A stretch of DNA of 26,570 nucleotides, from the NCBI GenBank assembly GCA_043801585.1, contig JAZDLX010000141.1, positions 1 to 26,570 on the forward strand, in the 5' to 3' direction. The stretch comes from a bacterium. Its GTDB lineage: Bacteria; Electryoneota; Electryoneia; Electryoneales; Electryoneaceae. The position numbers and the translations under genes are program-made. The notes beneath the pieces were generated by a model. The model did no database searches. It had not been told where the DNA came from and worked only from the letters and a program-made list of their open reading frames with translations. This document shows positions 1 through 9,147 of this stretch, piece by piece. Position 1 is the stretch's first letter; each line of letters opens with the position of its first letter.

Positions 1-1614
1 GCGATTGATCCGATGACTGTGGAGAAAATCGAAGTGCTGCGCGGTCCCGAAACCTTTCTCTACGGACCCGGGGTGCTCGGCGGCGTGATCAACGTCGACC
101 GCAAGATCATTCCCAAAAGTCGACCTGAACGTATCAGTGGAACGGTCACATTCACAGGCGAATCCGTCAGCCTGGCACGGGGTGCGGGTGTCACGTTGGA
201 TGTACCTGTTGGTCCCTTGGCGCTGCGTCTCGACGGAAGCCTCCGGCGTTCGCTGGACGTCAACACTCCCGAAGGGCTGATGCGAAATACCGGGACCTAT
301 ACCGGGAACGGCATCGCGGGCCTCGGCTGGAACCACAAGGATGTCACGGCGGGGGTCGCGGCAGAACAGTATGTCTCCGACTACGGCATCCCGGGTGGTT
401 TTGTCGGTGCTCATCCAAACGGCGTGGACATCAGGATGCGCCGCCGTCATACAGCGTTTCGAACTGCCTGGACTCCGGGATTCTCAATGCTCAGCCGTGT
501 GGAGGTGGAAGGGGATCTCAACGAGTACAGTCACGCCGAATACGAAAGCACCGGCGCCCTTGGCATGGGGTTTGACGTTACGACGGCGGATCTGGATTTT
601 CGAACGTTGTTCGGAAACCACGGCGTTTTCACTCGGGGCGCAGCGGGGATCTCTCTGGAGAATCGCGATTACAAGACAAGTGGATTGACATTCACTCCTG
701 CGAGCAGGGAACGCACCGCGGCGATCTACCTTTTCGAGGAGCGAAATGTTGCACCGTGGCGCGTCCAGGCTTCCCTGCGTGCGGACGTGCGTCAGGTGCG
801 GCCGGAAAGCAAAAGGACCAGTTTGATCATCGGAGACATCCGTGACCGTGACTTTCAGGGAATGTCGGGAGCCATCAGCATTCAACGAGTCGTGCATCCA
901 GGCTGGTCCGTAAGTCTGACAGTCATCCGATCCTGGCGAGCGCCAATGGTGGAAGAACTCTACAGTGAAGGGCCGCACCTGGCGGCGTATTCCTATGAAA
1001 TCGGGAACCCTGCGCTCGATCCTGAAAAGGGTACCGGTGTGGAGCTTGGGGTCACGTTGAGGAAAACCCGAATCGAAGGCAAGGTGGCCGTTTTCCTCAA
1101 CCGGTTTGACACCTACATCTTTCCGTCGAACACGGGCCGGTATTCACCGCGCAGGGCGGATTTGTATGAATACCAGTATGAAGGGGTGGCGGTCCAGATG
1201 CACGGGGCGGAAGGCAATCTTCGGGTAGAGTTGTCGGAACACTGGGACGTCAACCTCTCGGGCAGTTATGTCAGGGGCGAACGGCGGACGAATGGCGTCC
1301 CATTGCCGATGATGCCGCCTCTATCGGGTTCGCTTGGCTTTGATCACCACTTGGGGAACTGGACGCTCACCTTCGATTTTCGTGGTGTCGCCGGCCAAAA
1401 TCGTGTTGACAAATTTGAGCAACCGACATCAGCCTGGCTTCGCTTGGATCTTGGAGTACAAACCCAGCAGGTGCTCTGGGGAGTGTTGCATACCGTTTCG
1501 GTGGAGGTGATGAATGCCGGAAACGCCAGTTATCGCCAGCATCTTTCGCGGATCAAGGTGATCCTCCCGGAGCCTGGGCGTAATCTTCGAATTGTGTACC
1601 GGTTGCATTTCTGA
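1..1614 (+). CDS. TonB-dependent outer-membrane receptor (metal-uptake/ZnuD-like), 5'-truncated by the window edge
   Basis: The frame is open from base 1 (A-I-D-P-M-T-V-E-K-I-E-V-L-R-G-P...). It contains the plug motif 'IEVLRGPETFLYGPGVLGGVINV', the barrel motif 'RAPMVEELYSEGPH...GNPALDPEKG', and a C-terminus 'EPGRNLRIVYRLHF' ending in Phe. The substrate is not determinable. Confidence 0.9.
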   Translation, partial: AIDPMTVEKIEVLRGPETFLYGPGVLGGVINVDRKIIPKSRPERISGTVTFTGESVSLARGAGVTLDVPVGPLALRLDGSLRRSLDVNTPEGLMRNTGTYTGNGIAGLGWNHKDVTAGVAAEQYVSDYGIPGGFVGAHPNGVDIRMRRRHTAFRTAWTPGFSMLSRVEVEGDLNEYSHAEYESTGALGMGFDVTTADLDFRTLFGNHGVFTRGAAGISLENRDYKTSGLTFTPASRERTAAIYLFEERNVAPWRVQASLRADVRQVRPESKRTSLIIGDIRDRDFQGMSGAISIQRVVHPGWSVSLTVIRSWRAPMVEELYSEGPHLAAYSYEIGNPALDPEKGTGVELGVTLRKTRIEGKVAVFLNRFDTYIFPSNTGRYSPRRADLYEYQYEGVAVQMHGAEGNLRVELSEHWDVNLSGSYVRGERRTNGVPLPMMPPLSGSLGFDHHLGNWTLTFDFRGVAGQNRVDKFEQPTSAWLRLDLGVQTQQVLWGVLHTVSVEVMNAGNASYRQHLSRIKVILPEPGRNLRIVYRLHF

Positions 1615-1752
1615 AGAGCGAGTGATCCTTTATAATAAGGGAGCATTTTAAGGAAAGAGAGTGTCTCTCTACCAAGGAGACGATTAGGATAAAATGAGTA
1701 AATCGTTATGATGAAACTGTTGTAAGGGCTTGACTAAATGTATATTTCGGTT

Positions 1753-2459
1753 GAAGAGACACTTGGCGTTAAGATGCCACACTTCGTCGGGATCAGCGGT
1801 CGGCGGAGTGCAATAGATGCCTCTTCCTATGAAGAAAAGGCTCAAGAAATTGCTTGATCGGACCACATGCAGGAGTTTCTTTGAGTCAAAGAATTCTAAA
1901 AAGCCATAACAATTATATTCTCACTCCTTCGTTTGAGGATGTGCCGCGAGGGAATATTAAAGTCCCTGAGGACGAGCTTGACTGGTGTCGGCACAAGTCC
2001 CTATCTTTTCATCCTTCATCTCCAATAAATGGTTTGGAGGGAAGCGATCTGAGCGATAACGTGGGTGCATTGCGATTCTGACAACCTGGAACAGGTAACG
2101 CCTGGTGGCAGGTTTGGAGGATTGTTCGACAACGTCTTAGGGGGACGTACGACGGCAGCAGGCATGACCCGCCTCGCGAGGGGCCACACACGACAGATCC
2201 TGTTGAATGCCTGCCCGTCACGGATGACACTCCTACCTGTTCGATTTCTGTGTCAAGGTTGAAACAACATTGTACTCTAAAAGGTCTTGCGTGAATTCTT
2301 TGGAGACAGGTACTGCTGGCGCGAATCAAGAGTTGTTTGTTCAACGACGCGTGTAAGACAAACAGGAGCCGCATGGGCACTACTGAACTCGTTCGGGCAC
2401 GGATAAGCGCTCGAAAGGGAGGGGGTGTCGGTGAGGTGGTGTGTTGTTTCTCCTTTTTT
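1753..2459 (+). ncRNA. Candidate long structured leader/ncRNA upstream of the TBDR-PorV operon (no known family recognised)
   Basis: No credible ORF lies in 1615-2575. Successive stems with G-U pairs form on the + strand: 1764-1779, 1780-1810 (11 bp), 1839-1887 (~17 bp), 2132-2148, a 3-way junction at 2151-2219 with a GCGA tetraloop, 2333-2365, and 2364-2454 followed by T6. Folded by eye only. Confidence 0.3.
1978..2007 (+). promoter_or_regulatory. Putative sigma70 promoter (TTGACT-N18-TATCTT)
   Basis: TTGACT at 1978-1983 and TATCTT at 2002-2007. The same two hexamers occur in the tRNA-Gln promoter in this window. Confidence 0.4.
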
Positions 2460-2575
2460 GAGTGTGGGTTTTTGAAATAAATAGTTGAAGGGTCTTCATG
2501 TCGGTGACGCTGTTTCGGAGGAGGAAAGAGATGGCGCTCCGGCGGAAGGCGGGTTCAAGAGTGAAGGTGTGCGCT

Positions 2576-5500
2576 ATGGGCATTGGGAAGCGTCTTCTGC
2601 TCCTGCTGCTCGCCGTTGGCCTGATGGCTTTTGCTTTCAGTCCGGCCTACGCGCAGCAGACCGGCAAAATTGTCGGTAAGGTCGTGGACGCCAGAACTGG
2701 CCAGCCTTTGGGCGGGGCGAACGTTCTGGTTGAAGGGACCAAGGTCGGTGCCTCCACGGACCTCGACGGTGTGTTCTTTATCCTGAACGTATCGCCGGGC
2801 ATCTACACGGTTCAGTCGTCTGTCCTCGGATATTCGCCTGTCCGTTATGAGGAAGTTCGTGTGAGTACCGGATTAACTACCACCCTCAGCTTCGAGATGG
2901 AGGAGACGGTCATGGAAGCCGCGGAAGCGGTAACCTTTATTGCCGAGCGTCCCCTTATCCAGAAGGACCAGACAGAAAGTCGTACAACCCGCAACGCCGC
3001 GGACATCAAGCTGATGCCTGTTGCTACGGTGACAGAGGTTGTAAACCTGACTGCTGGTACTGTTGGTGGCAACTTCCGAGGAGGCCGTGGAACCGAAGTC
3101 TCGTATCTGGTTGATGGTACGGCGATGATGGATCCGTTAACGGGCAACGAGGAAAACAACATCCCGATGATCACGTTTGAGGAAATCAACGTGATTACCG
3201 GCGGTATGGGCGCCGAGTACGGCAACGCCCTGTCGGGTGTTGTCGCACAGGTGACGAAAGAAGGCGGCGATCGTTTTTCCGGCGCCGCCACGATTCGCAC
3301 GAACGACGCTGGCTCGACCTTCATCGGGGCGCGTGACCAGATGAAGGACGTTCAGGGATCGATTTCCGGTCGGATTCCGTTCTTCCCGAGGTCGCTCGGC
3401 GACATGTATTTCTTCGGGTCGGGTCAGTGGTACAACACCCTTGGTCGTTTTCCGAATGACAACAACAACATCTCCAGTGGTTTCGGAAAGCTGACCTACA
3501 AGCTGAGTCCTCAGCACAAGCTGACGATTAGCGGGTCTGCCTCAAACCAGTTCTACAGCTTCTATGCATCAGCTAATGGTGGCACCGACTATCATCTCTG
3601 GAGCAGGACAACGGTCGAAGACAGACTTGCGCAATTCCAGCCGGAAGAGGGAGTGACTCCGTTTCTGGACGCGAATGGTGATCCCTGGTACGGTAACGGC
3701 CAAGTGGATACCGAAGATTTAAACCACAACGGTATTCTCGATCCCGGCGAAGACCTGGACGGAAACGAAGCCCTTGATACCGAGGACCTGAACCACAACC
3801 TGGCGCTGGATGAGTACAACATGCTGGAACACACGCCCTATTTTTTCCAGCACACGAACAGCTTTGCCGTGAAGTGGAACCACGCCCTGTCCAGCAAGTC
3901 GTTCTATGAGGTGAGTCTCTCGCGTTATCAGACGAAAATGCATTACAACACGCGAGAAAAGTTCAACGAGGATATCAACGGCAACGGTCAATTAGACCTC
4001 GAGCCTTCATTCGGCTCGATCAACGATATTCCAGACAGCCTGATGAACCTGTACGGAAACCTCATCGCCTCCAACTCTGACCAGTCGCTCTTCTGGATCG
4101 ACTACAATGGGGACGGTGTCCTCGAGTATGAAGATCTGAACGGCAACGGAGTGTGGGATTGGACAGTTTACGGTCCAAGCACGGATCTGTTCACCGACGA
4201 GAATGACAACGGCGTCATCGATGCTTCCGAGGCCAGCGGCACAAACCTGACCTGGAACGACATCAACTTCAATGCTTCGTCGAAGGACAACGACAACTAC
4301 TACATCTACGGTGACGGCCGGACCTACAACCGTGCCCGCTGGAACAACGACGACAAGGTTACCTGGACGATCAACGCCAATGCGACGAGCCAGGTTCATC
4401 GCTATCACCAGTTGAAGACGGGTGTTGAACTTAAGTATTACGACCTCAAGGATCACGACGTTGACATGGCCTCTGGCGGCAACGTCTATGGTCAGAACAT
4501 GAAAGCCCAGCCACGCAGCTACGGCGGCTGGTTGGAAGACAAGATGGAGTTCGAGGGCATGATCGTGAACCTTGGCGTGCGTCTCGACGTCTTCGACATC
4601 AACTGGAACAACTATCCGACTGACATTACCGATCCGGTCACGGATCAGACAACAGGCGGAACGGTGAAGAATCCGACTTCGATTGGGGCGAAGTCCTACT
4701 GGAGCCCACGCCTTGGTGTGGCGTTCCCGATCACCGAGCGGGATCTGCTGTCGTTCAACTACAGCAAAAACTTCCAGACGCCGATTCTGCAGTTTGCGTT
4801 CACCAACATCAACTGGGATTTTTCGGGCGCTTTCCCGCTGATTGGCAACCCGAACCTGGACCCCGAACGGACAACGGCGTACGAGCTGACATTACGTCAC
4901 CAGTTCACGGATGACCTGGTTATCGTCACAACCGGTTTCTACAAGGACATTTCCGGCCTTATCGATACGCGCCAGGTGTTCTACAACCCACTGAACTGGT
5001 ATGGTCTCTACATCAACCAGGACTACGGCAACGTCCGTGGTTTTGAGGTCAGCCTCGAGAAGCGTTTCAGCAACTACTACAGTGGCAACATCAGCTACAC
5101 CTATTCTGTTGCGAAAGGAAAGAGCTCCACCACGCGACAGGGATACCTGACGGCCTACGACTCCACGGTTCCCCGCACCACGGAAAATTATCTGGACTGG
5201 GATCAGCGCCACACGCTGTATGGCAACCTCCAGTTCATGGTGCCCAGTGGAACGCGTCCGTTTGGGCAGTCGTGGATGGACGAAGTGTCCTTTAGCTTGA
5301 TCGGCAAATATGGTAGCGGGCTTCCCTACTCATCGCCGTCGAAGGACAAGAATCCTCCGATCAACGACAAACGGTTGCCGTATACGATGGAGTTTGACAG
5401 CCGTCTGCAGAAGCGGTTCTCGTTCAGCGACCACATGGGTATGTATGTCTACCTGATGGCCTACAACCTGTTCGACAACCGCAACATCAATCAACGGTAC

Positions 5501-5668
5501 TTCCAGAACAATGCGGATATCTCGTGGTACGAGTCTGTTGACGAGAACAACATCGCTCGTGGCAACCACGGTTACAACGGAACCAAGGATGTCAACGGTC
5601 AGTACGATGAACCGGGTTATTGGGACCGTGGCCGGCTGTATGAACTGGGCATAGGCCTCGAGTTTTAG
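2576..5668 (+). CDS. TonB-dependent receptor with N-terminal carboxypeptidase-regulatory-like domain and acidic Ca2+-binding-type loop insertions (non-SusC type)
   Basis: Signal peptide MGIGKRLLLLLLAVGLMAFAFSPAYA|QQTGKIVGKVVDARTGQPLGGANVLVEGT. Plug motif 'RGGRGTEVSYLVDG...GGMGAEYGNALSGVVAQVTKEG'. Barrel motifs 'SPRLGVAFPIT' and 'GNPNLDPERTTAYEL', with terminal 'LGIGLEF'. ATG 2576 is preferred for signal-peptide length; ATG 2531 (GGAGG upstream) is an alternative start. Confidence 0.92.
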   Translation: MGIGKRLLLLLLAVGLMAFAFSPAYAQQTGKIVGKVVDARTGQPLGGANVLVEGTKVGASTDLDGVFFILNVSPGIYTVQSSVLGYSPVRYEEVRVSTGLTTTLSFEMEETVMEAAEAVTFIAERPLIQKDQTESRTTRNAADIKLMPVATVTEVVNLTAGTVGGNFRGGRGTEVSYLVDGTAMMDPLTGNEENNIPMITFEEINVITGGMGAEYGNALSGVVAQVTKEGGDRFSGAATIRTNDAGSTFIGARDQMKDVQGSISGRIPFFPRSLGDMYFFGSGQWYNTLGRFPNDNNNISSGFGKLTYKLSPQHKLTISGSASNQFYSFYASANGGTDYHLWSRTTVEDRLAQFQPEEGVTPFLDANGDPWYGNGQVDTEDLNHNGILDPGEDLDGNEALDTEDLNHNLALDEYNMLEHTPYFFQHTNSFAVKWNHALSSKSFYEVSLSRYQTKMHYNTREKFNEDINGNGQLDLEPSFGSINDIPDSLMNLYGNLIASNSDQSLFWIDYNGDGVLEYEDLNGNGVWDWTVYGPSTDLFTDENDNGVIDASEASGTNLTWNDINFNASSKDNDNYYIYGDGRTYNRARWNNDDKVTWTINANATSQVHRYHQLKTGVELKYYDLKDHDVDMASGGNVYGQNMKAQPRSYGGWLEDKMEFEGMIVNLGVRLDVFDINWNNYPTDITDPVTDQTTGGTVKNPTSIGAKSYWSPRLGVAFPITERDLLSFNYSKNFQTPILQFAFTNINWDFSGAFPLIGNPNLDPERTTAYELTLRHQFTDDLVIVTTGFYKDISGLIDTRQVFYNPLNWYGLYINQDYGNVRGFEVSLEKRFSNYYSGNISYTYSVAKGKSSTTRQGYLTAYDSTVPRTTENYLDWDQRHTLYGNLQFMVPSGTRPFGQSWMDEVSFSLIGKYGSGLPYSSPSKDKNPPINDKRLPYTMEFDSRLQKRFSFSDHMGMYVYLMAYNLFDNRNINQRYFQNNADISWYESVDENNIARGNHGYNGTKDVNGQYDEPGYWDRGRLYELGIGLEF
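3668..4225 (+). repeat. Protein-level repeats of E-D-x-N-x-N-G-x-x-D (EF-hand-loop-like Dx[DN]xDG motifs) inside the TBDR
   Basis: Motifs DANGD, EDLNHNGILD, EDLDGNEALD, EDLNHNLALD, EDINGNGQLD, DYNGDGVLE, EDLNGNGVWD and DENDNGVID. 'DTEDLNHN' is duplicated 69 nt apart (3707 and 3776). Confidence 0.8.
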
Positions 5669-5687
5669 GCAAGCGAGGAGGTAAGCC

Positions 5688-8132
5688 GTGAAACGATTCA
5701 TCTCTTTGATGGTTGCCGGTGTCCTGCTGGCGTCCTCGCTGGGTGTGGCTTCTGCCGAAGCGGCAGTAAAGTCTCTGAACCAGGTGAAGGGGCCGGCGAT
5801 GACATCCGCCCGACCAGGACCACAGGTACATGTTCATAACGTTGGAACGTTGTGGAATGCGGTGACGAATATTGGCGTCTACGGCGATCCGAACAACAAC
5901 TATCCATCGGGCGAATGGCCCGGTGGAGCAGGTCTCAACTACATTTGGGAAGGGCGTTTTTGGTTTGGCGCCAGAGTCGGTGGCGTAGCTCGTGTCAGCC
6001 ATGCAGATTATGGCAACTACGAGCTTAAGCCGGTGGATGGTTCGGTATTCTACTTCGGTTCGGGTCCAAAGTCCATTCAGGACGGGTACGTTCAGTATGA
6101 TGATACAGACGCCGGGATTGGTGGTCACACACCCATCGGTGTCCAGATGTCGGAACGTGCCTTGGCGTGGTCACTGCCCGATTACGATGACTTTGAAGTG
6201 TATTACATGGAGATCAAAAACGTTTCTGGTGGTACGTTGAACAACGTTTTTGTGAACTGGGTGTATGACAACGATGTCGGCTCCGGTCCGAACGGTGCAA
6301 GTCACGGTAACGGAGGTGCCATCGACGACCTCGTCGATTACGATGGCTGGACGCCCGAAGGTCAGAACATATGGCGGTATGACTGGGTGGACCCGTTGGA
6401 TCTCGACGGCAATGGCATTACCGGTTACGACTACTGGGGCTGGCCCATTGCAGATTTGAAAAACCCTTACTACTGGGGCTACAGCGATCAGTACGCTCCG
6501 GCGGCAGCAATACCCGAACCTGATGGTATTTACGACGAGTTCCAGATTTATATCGAACCAACAGCAGGGGTTATTCGTTATCAGACGGATGTCCCCTCGA
6601 AAGGGATTGTTGCAGGTGATCCAGTCGTCACCTTGGATGGCGACACGCTGCACGGGTATTTGTTCTCCCGTAATGCCAGTATCATGTTCGACGGTGATGA
6701 TCTTGCCACCTCGGACAACGACTTCGGTGAGCGTACAGCGAGCGTCCCGACTTCCGGTGTAATCGGAACACGGTTGCTCTACAACCCAACGCCACCGTTT
6801 AACACGACTCCGGAGGATACCTTCCCGCGTCCCTATTCTCACCAGTGGTGGAACTGGGAATCCGACCCGGGTTCAGATGTTGAAAAATACCAGTACATGG
6901 AAGGCACTCATGCACTGTCCCTTGGGATGAATTTCTTGCCGCATCCCTGGGACTATCCTGGTGGTGCACCTGTATTCGACTACCGTTACCTGCAAGCGAT
7001 TGGACCCATCAATAACTGGGCTCCCAACGAGTCGAAGAAATTCGTGGTGGTTACCGGTGTTGGTTACGGCATGCAGGGTATGCGTGAGAACCTCGACAAC
7101 GCCATGATCGCTTACTATTCCGGCGATCACGATGTGATTGGCGACCCGGTCCTGACGTACCAGAATCCCTCTGCATATGGCAATCAGTTGGGGTTCACGG
7201 GTTCATCGCCAGTAAAGATTGTGGATGACAGGCACTTTATTCTGCCGATTCCGCCGTCCATCCCACAGCTTAACTACAGTGCTGGCGACCAGTCGGTCAA
7301 CCTCGTGTGGGACACAAGTGCTGAAAGCGCGATCGACAACTTTGTCGGTGGCCCGGACTTTGAGGGATATAAGATTTATCGTTCGAAGTACACTACCGCG
7401 AATTGGAAGCTGATCGCTGTGTTTGACGTAATTGATGGACCTGTTTACCTGACGAACACGGATGGTGACACGGTCAATCCGATTACTGTATTGAGCACCA
7501 GCACGGTGTTGACGTATTACGAAGATGGCTATGCCGAGGCAATAGAAGCCGGCGATTACCAGTACATCATGGTTGACCTGCCGGGTACCGGCCTTAGCGA
7601 CATTGCGCATCAATACTCGGATGGTGGCGGCGACTTCATGGACGAGACTGGCACCCAGGCAATTTTCCGGGATATTGAGGTGCCCATCAACGGACTCAAT
7701 TATTACTACACTCTTGCGGCCTATGATCCTGACAAGGGTGCTTTGAAGTCGATTGAATCGGCACGATCCAACTATCGCAAGACGGTTGGCGGTTCCGCCG
7801 ATCCCGTGGTTCCGCGTGCTAACTCCGCCGGGACGAGCAACCTTGATAATGTCAATGTGGTCCCGAATCCGTATAAGGGTACGGCGTCGTTCGAGGCTCG
7901 GTATCAGAACCGCATCTCATTCATCAATCTGCCAGACCGTTGCAAGATCTCGATCTTTTCGCTTACGGGCGACCTGATCGATGAAATCTGGAAGAACGAC
8001 GGTCAGGCGGGTGATGCGAGCTGGGATCTGATCAGCAGGAACAATCAGTCGGTTGTTTCGGGTCTCTACCTCTATGTGGTGGAAACACCCGGTGGAGACA
8101 AGAAGATCGGCAAGTTCCTGATCATCCGCTAA
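5688..8132 (+). CDS. Exported protein of unknown function with FnIII-like domain and atypical T9SS-like C-terminal domain (VVPNPY type)
   Basis: GTG start with GAGGAGG RBS and signal peptide MKRFISLMVAGVLLASSLGVASAEA. FnIII-like segment 'SAGDQSVNLVWD...DFEGYKIYRS...NGLNYYYTLAAYD'. C-terminal 'NVNVVPNPYKG...ISFINLPDRCKISIFSLTGDLI...SWDL...SGLYLYVVE...GKFLIIR'. Confidence 0.85.
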   Translation: MKRFISLMVAGVLLASSLGVASAEAAVKSLNQVKGPAMTSARPGPQVHVHNVGTLWNAVTNIGVYGDPNNNYPSGEWPGGAGLNYIWEGRFWFGARVGGVARVSHADYGNYELKPVDGSVFYFGSGPKSIQDGYVQYDDTDAGIGGHTPIGVQMSERALAWSLPDYDDFEVYYMEIKNVSGGTLNNVFVNWVYDNDVGSGPNGASHGNGGAIDDLVDYDGWTPEGQNIWRYDWVDPLDLDGNGITGYDYWGWPIADLKNPYYWGYSDQYAPAAAIPEPDGIYDEFQIYIEPTAGVIRYQTDVPSKGIVAGDPVVTLDGDTLHGYLFSRNASIMFDGDDLATSDNDFGERTASVPTSGVIGTRLLYNPTPPFNTTPEDTFPRPYSHQWWNWESDPGSDVEKYQYMEGTHALSLGMNFLPHPWDYPGGAPVFDYRYLQAIGPINNWAPNESKKFVVVTGVGYGMQGMRENLDNAMIAYYSGDHDVIGDPVLTYQNPSAYGNQLGFTGSSPVKIVDDRHFILPIPPSIPQLNYSAGDQSVNLVWDTSAESAIDNFVGGPDFEGYKIYRSKYTTANWKLIAVFDVIDGPVYLTNTDGDTVNPITVLSTSTVLTYYEDGYAEAIEAGDYQYIMVDLPGTGLSDIAHQYSDGGGDFMDETGTQAIFRDIEVPINGLNYYYTLAAYDPDKGALKSIESARSNYRKTVGGSADPVVPRANSAGTSNLDNVNVVPNPYKGTASFEARYQNRISFINLPDRCKISIFSLTGDLIDEIWKNDGQAGDASWDLISRNNQSVVSGLYLYVVETPGGDKKIGKFLIIR

Positions 8133-8153
8133 CCTTTGCAAGGGAGTACGACC

Positions 8154-9134
8154 ATGCGCAGAATGAGTAAAACTGCATCGGTCTTGCTGGTGGTCGGACT
8201 GCTTCTGGCCGGTTCTCCGCTGTACGCTGGAGACTTTGCCAAGGTTGGCACGACCGGTTCCGACTTCCTCAAGATTCCCATCGGCACACGAGGAGTTGCC
8301 ATGGGTAACGGTTTCTCGGCGCTTAGTAACGACATAACCGCCATGTTCTGGAACCCGGCAGGGTTGACAAACATGAAGGGAAAGGGCGTTTATCTCGAGC
8401 GCATCAACTGGCTCGCCGACATCAGCTACAATGCTGTTGGTGTGGCCTACAACCTTAACCCGTTCTGGGCTGTCGGCGTATTTGGAGCCGTGATGAATTC
8501 GGGTGACATTCCAGTCACAACCGTCGAGCAACAGAACGGTACCGGAGAAACCTTCTCGGTCAACAACTTCGTTGCAGGTGTGTCGATTGCCAGCAAGCTG
8601 ACCGACAAATTCAGCTTCGGCGCCAACATCAAATACGTCCACGAAGACCTGGACAAGGAAATTTCCGGATCGTATGCGGTGGACGTTGGTACGATTTACG
8701 ATACGCGCTGGAATACCATGCGAATTTCGATGAACATTCGAAACTTCGGCCCGGAAATTCAATTGGCCGGCGAGTACCATGATTGGGATAATGGTGCACA
8801 ATTGCCAGATCCTCAGAGCTATCTGGCCTATCATTTTCCGATGGTTTTCCGGCTCGGGGTTGCCTTGGATCCGATTCAATCCGCCACGAACCGTCTGACT
8901 GTGGTGGGCGAACTGGAGCATCCGAACGACAACGTTGAGCGTATCAACGTGGGTGGAGAGTATGCCTTCCAGGAGATGTTCTTCCTCCGGGGCGGCTACA
9001 CTTTTAACCATGACTCCCTTGGGATGTCTGCGGGTGTTGGAGCGAAATTCGCAGGCTTTGAGATCGATTACACCATCAGTGATTTCAGTGTGCTTGATCT
9101 CGTGCATCGCTTCAGCATCCAGTTCGGATTCTAG
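8154..9134 (+). CDS. PorV/PorQ-family (FadL-like) outer-membrane beta-barrel
   Basis: AGGGAG RBS before ATG 8154 and a signal peptide. Family motif 'FLKIPIGTRGVAMGNGFSALSNDITAMFWNPAGL', plus 'FSFGANIKY', 'AVDVGTIY', 'GGEYAFQEMFFLRGGY' and terminal 'HRFSIQFGF'. Confidence 0.88.
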   Translation: MRRMSKTASVLLVVGLLLAGSPLYAGDFAKVGTTGSDFLKIPIGTRGVAMGNGFSALSNDITAMFWNPAGLTNMKGKGVYLERINWLADISYNAVGVAYNLNPFWAVGVFGAVMNSGDIPVTTVEQQNGTGETFSVNNFVAGVSIASKLTDKFSFGANIKYVHEDLDKEISGSYAVDVGTIYDTRWNTMRISMNIRNFGPEIQLAGEYHDWDNGAQLPDPQSYLAYHFPMVFRLGVALDPIQSATNRLTVVGELEHPNDNVERINVGGEYAFQEMFFLRGGYTFNHDSLGMSAGVGAKFAGFEIDYTISDFSVLDLVHRFSIQFGF

Positions 9135-9147
9135 GACTTTCACAGAA

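Noticed and set aside
1966..2010. CTGAGGA matching the hammerhead core CUGANGA
   Set aside because: No stem II followed by GAAA, and no stem I/III closure.
2050..2115. TPP-riboswitch-like segment ACCTG-GAA-CAGGTAACGCCTG-GTGG-CAGG
   Set aside because: It resembles P4/P5 only. The UGAGA junction and the P2/P3 pairing (GGGG...CCC) are not in the required arrangement.
2366..2415. GAGCCGCATG resembling the start of group II intron domain V
   Set aside because: The downstream sequence does not form the ~34-nt DV hairpin ending CGGTTC, and there is no RT ORF or domain VI.
1615..2575. Cobalamin riboswitch (expected upstream of TBDRs) and the short ORFs in this gap
   Set aside because: No B12-box/GCCACTG/GGGAAG signatures were found. 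The 60-123 aa ORFs have no recognisable motifs or good RBS.
2498..2575. ORF-track start of the TBDR at 2498
   Set aside because: It gives an implausibly long n-region before the signal peptide; ATG 2576 (or 2531) fits better.
7917..9143. 408-aa - strand ORF
   Set aside because: Antisense shadow of the PorV-family gene with no recognisable motifs. Long antisense frames are expected from biased codon usage.
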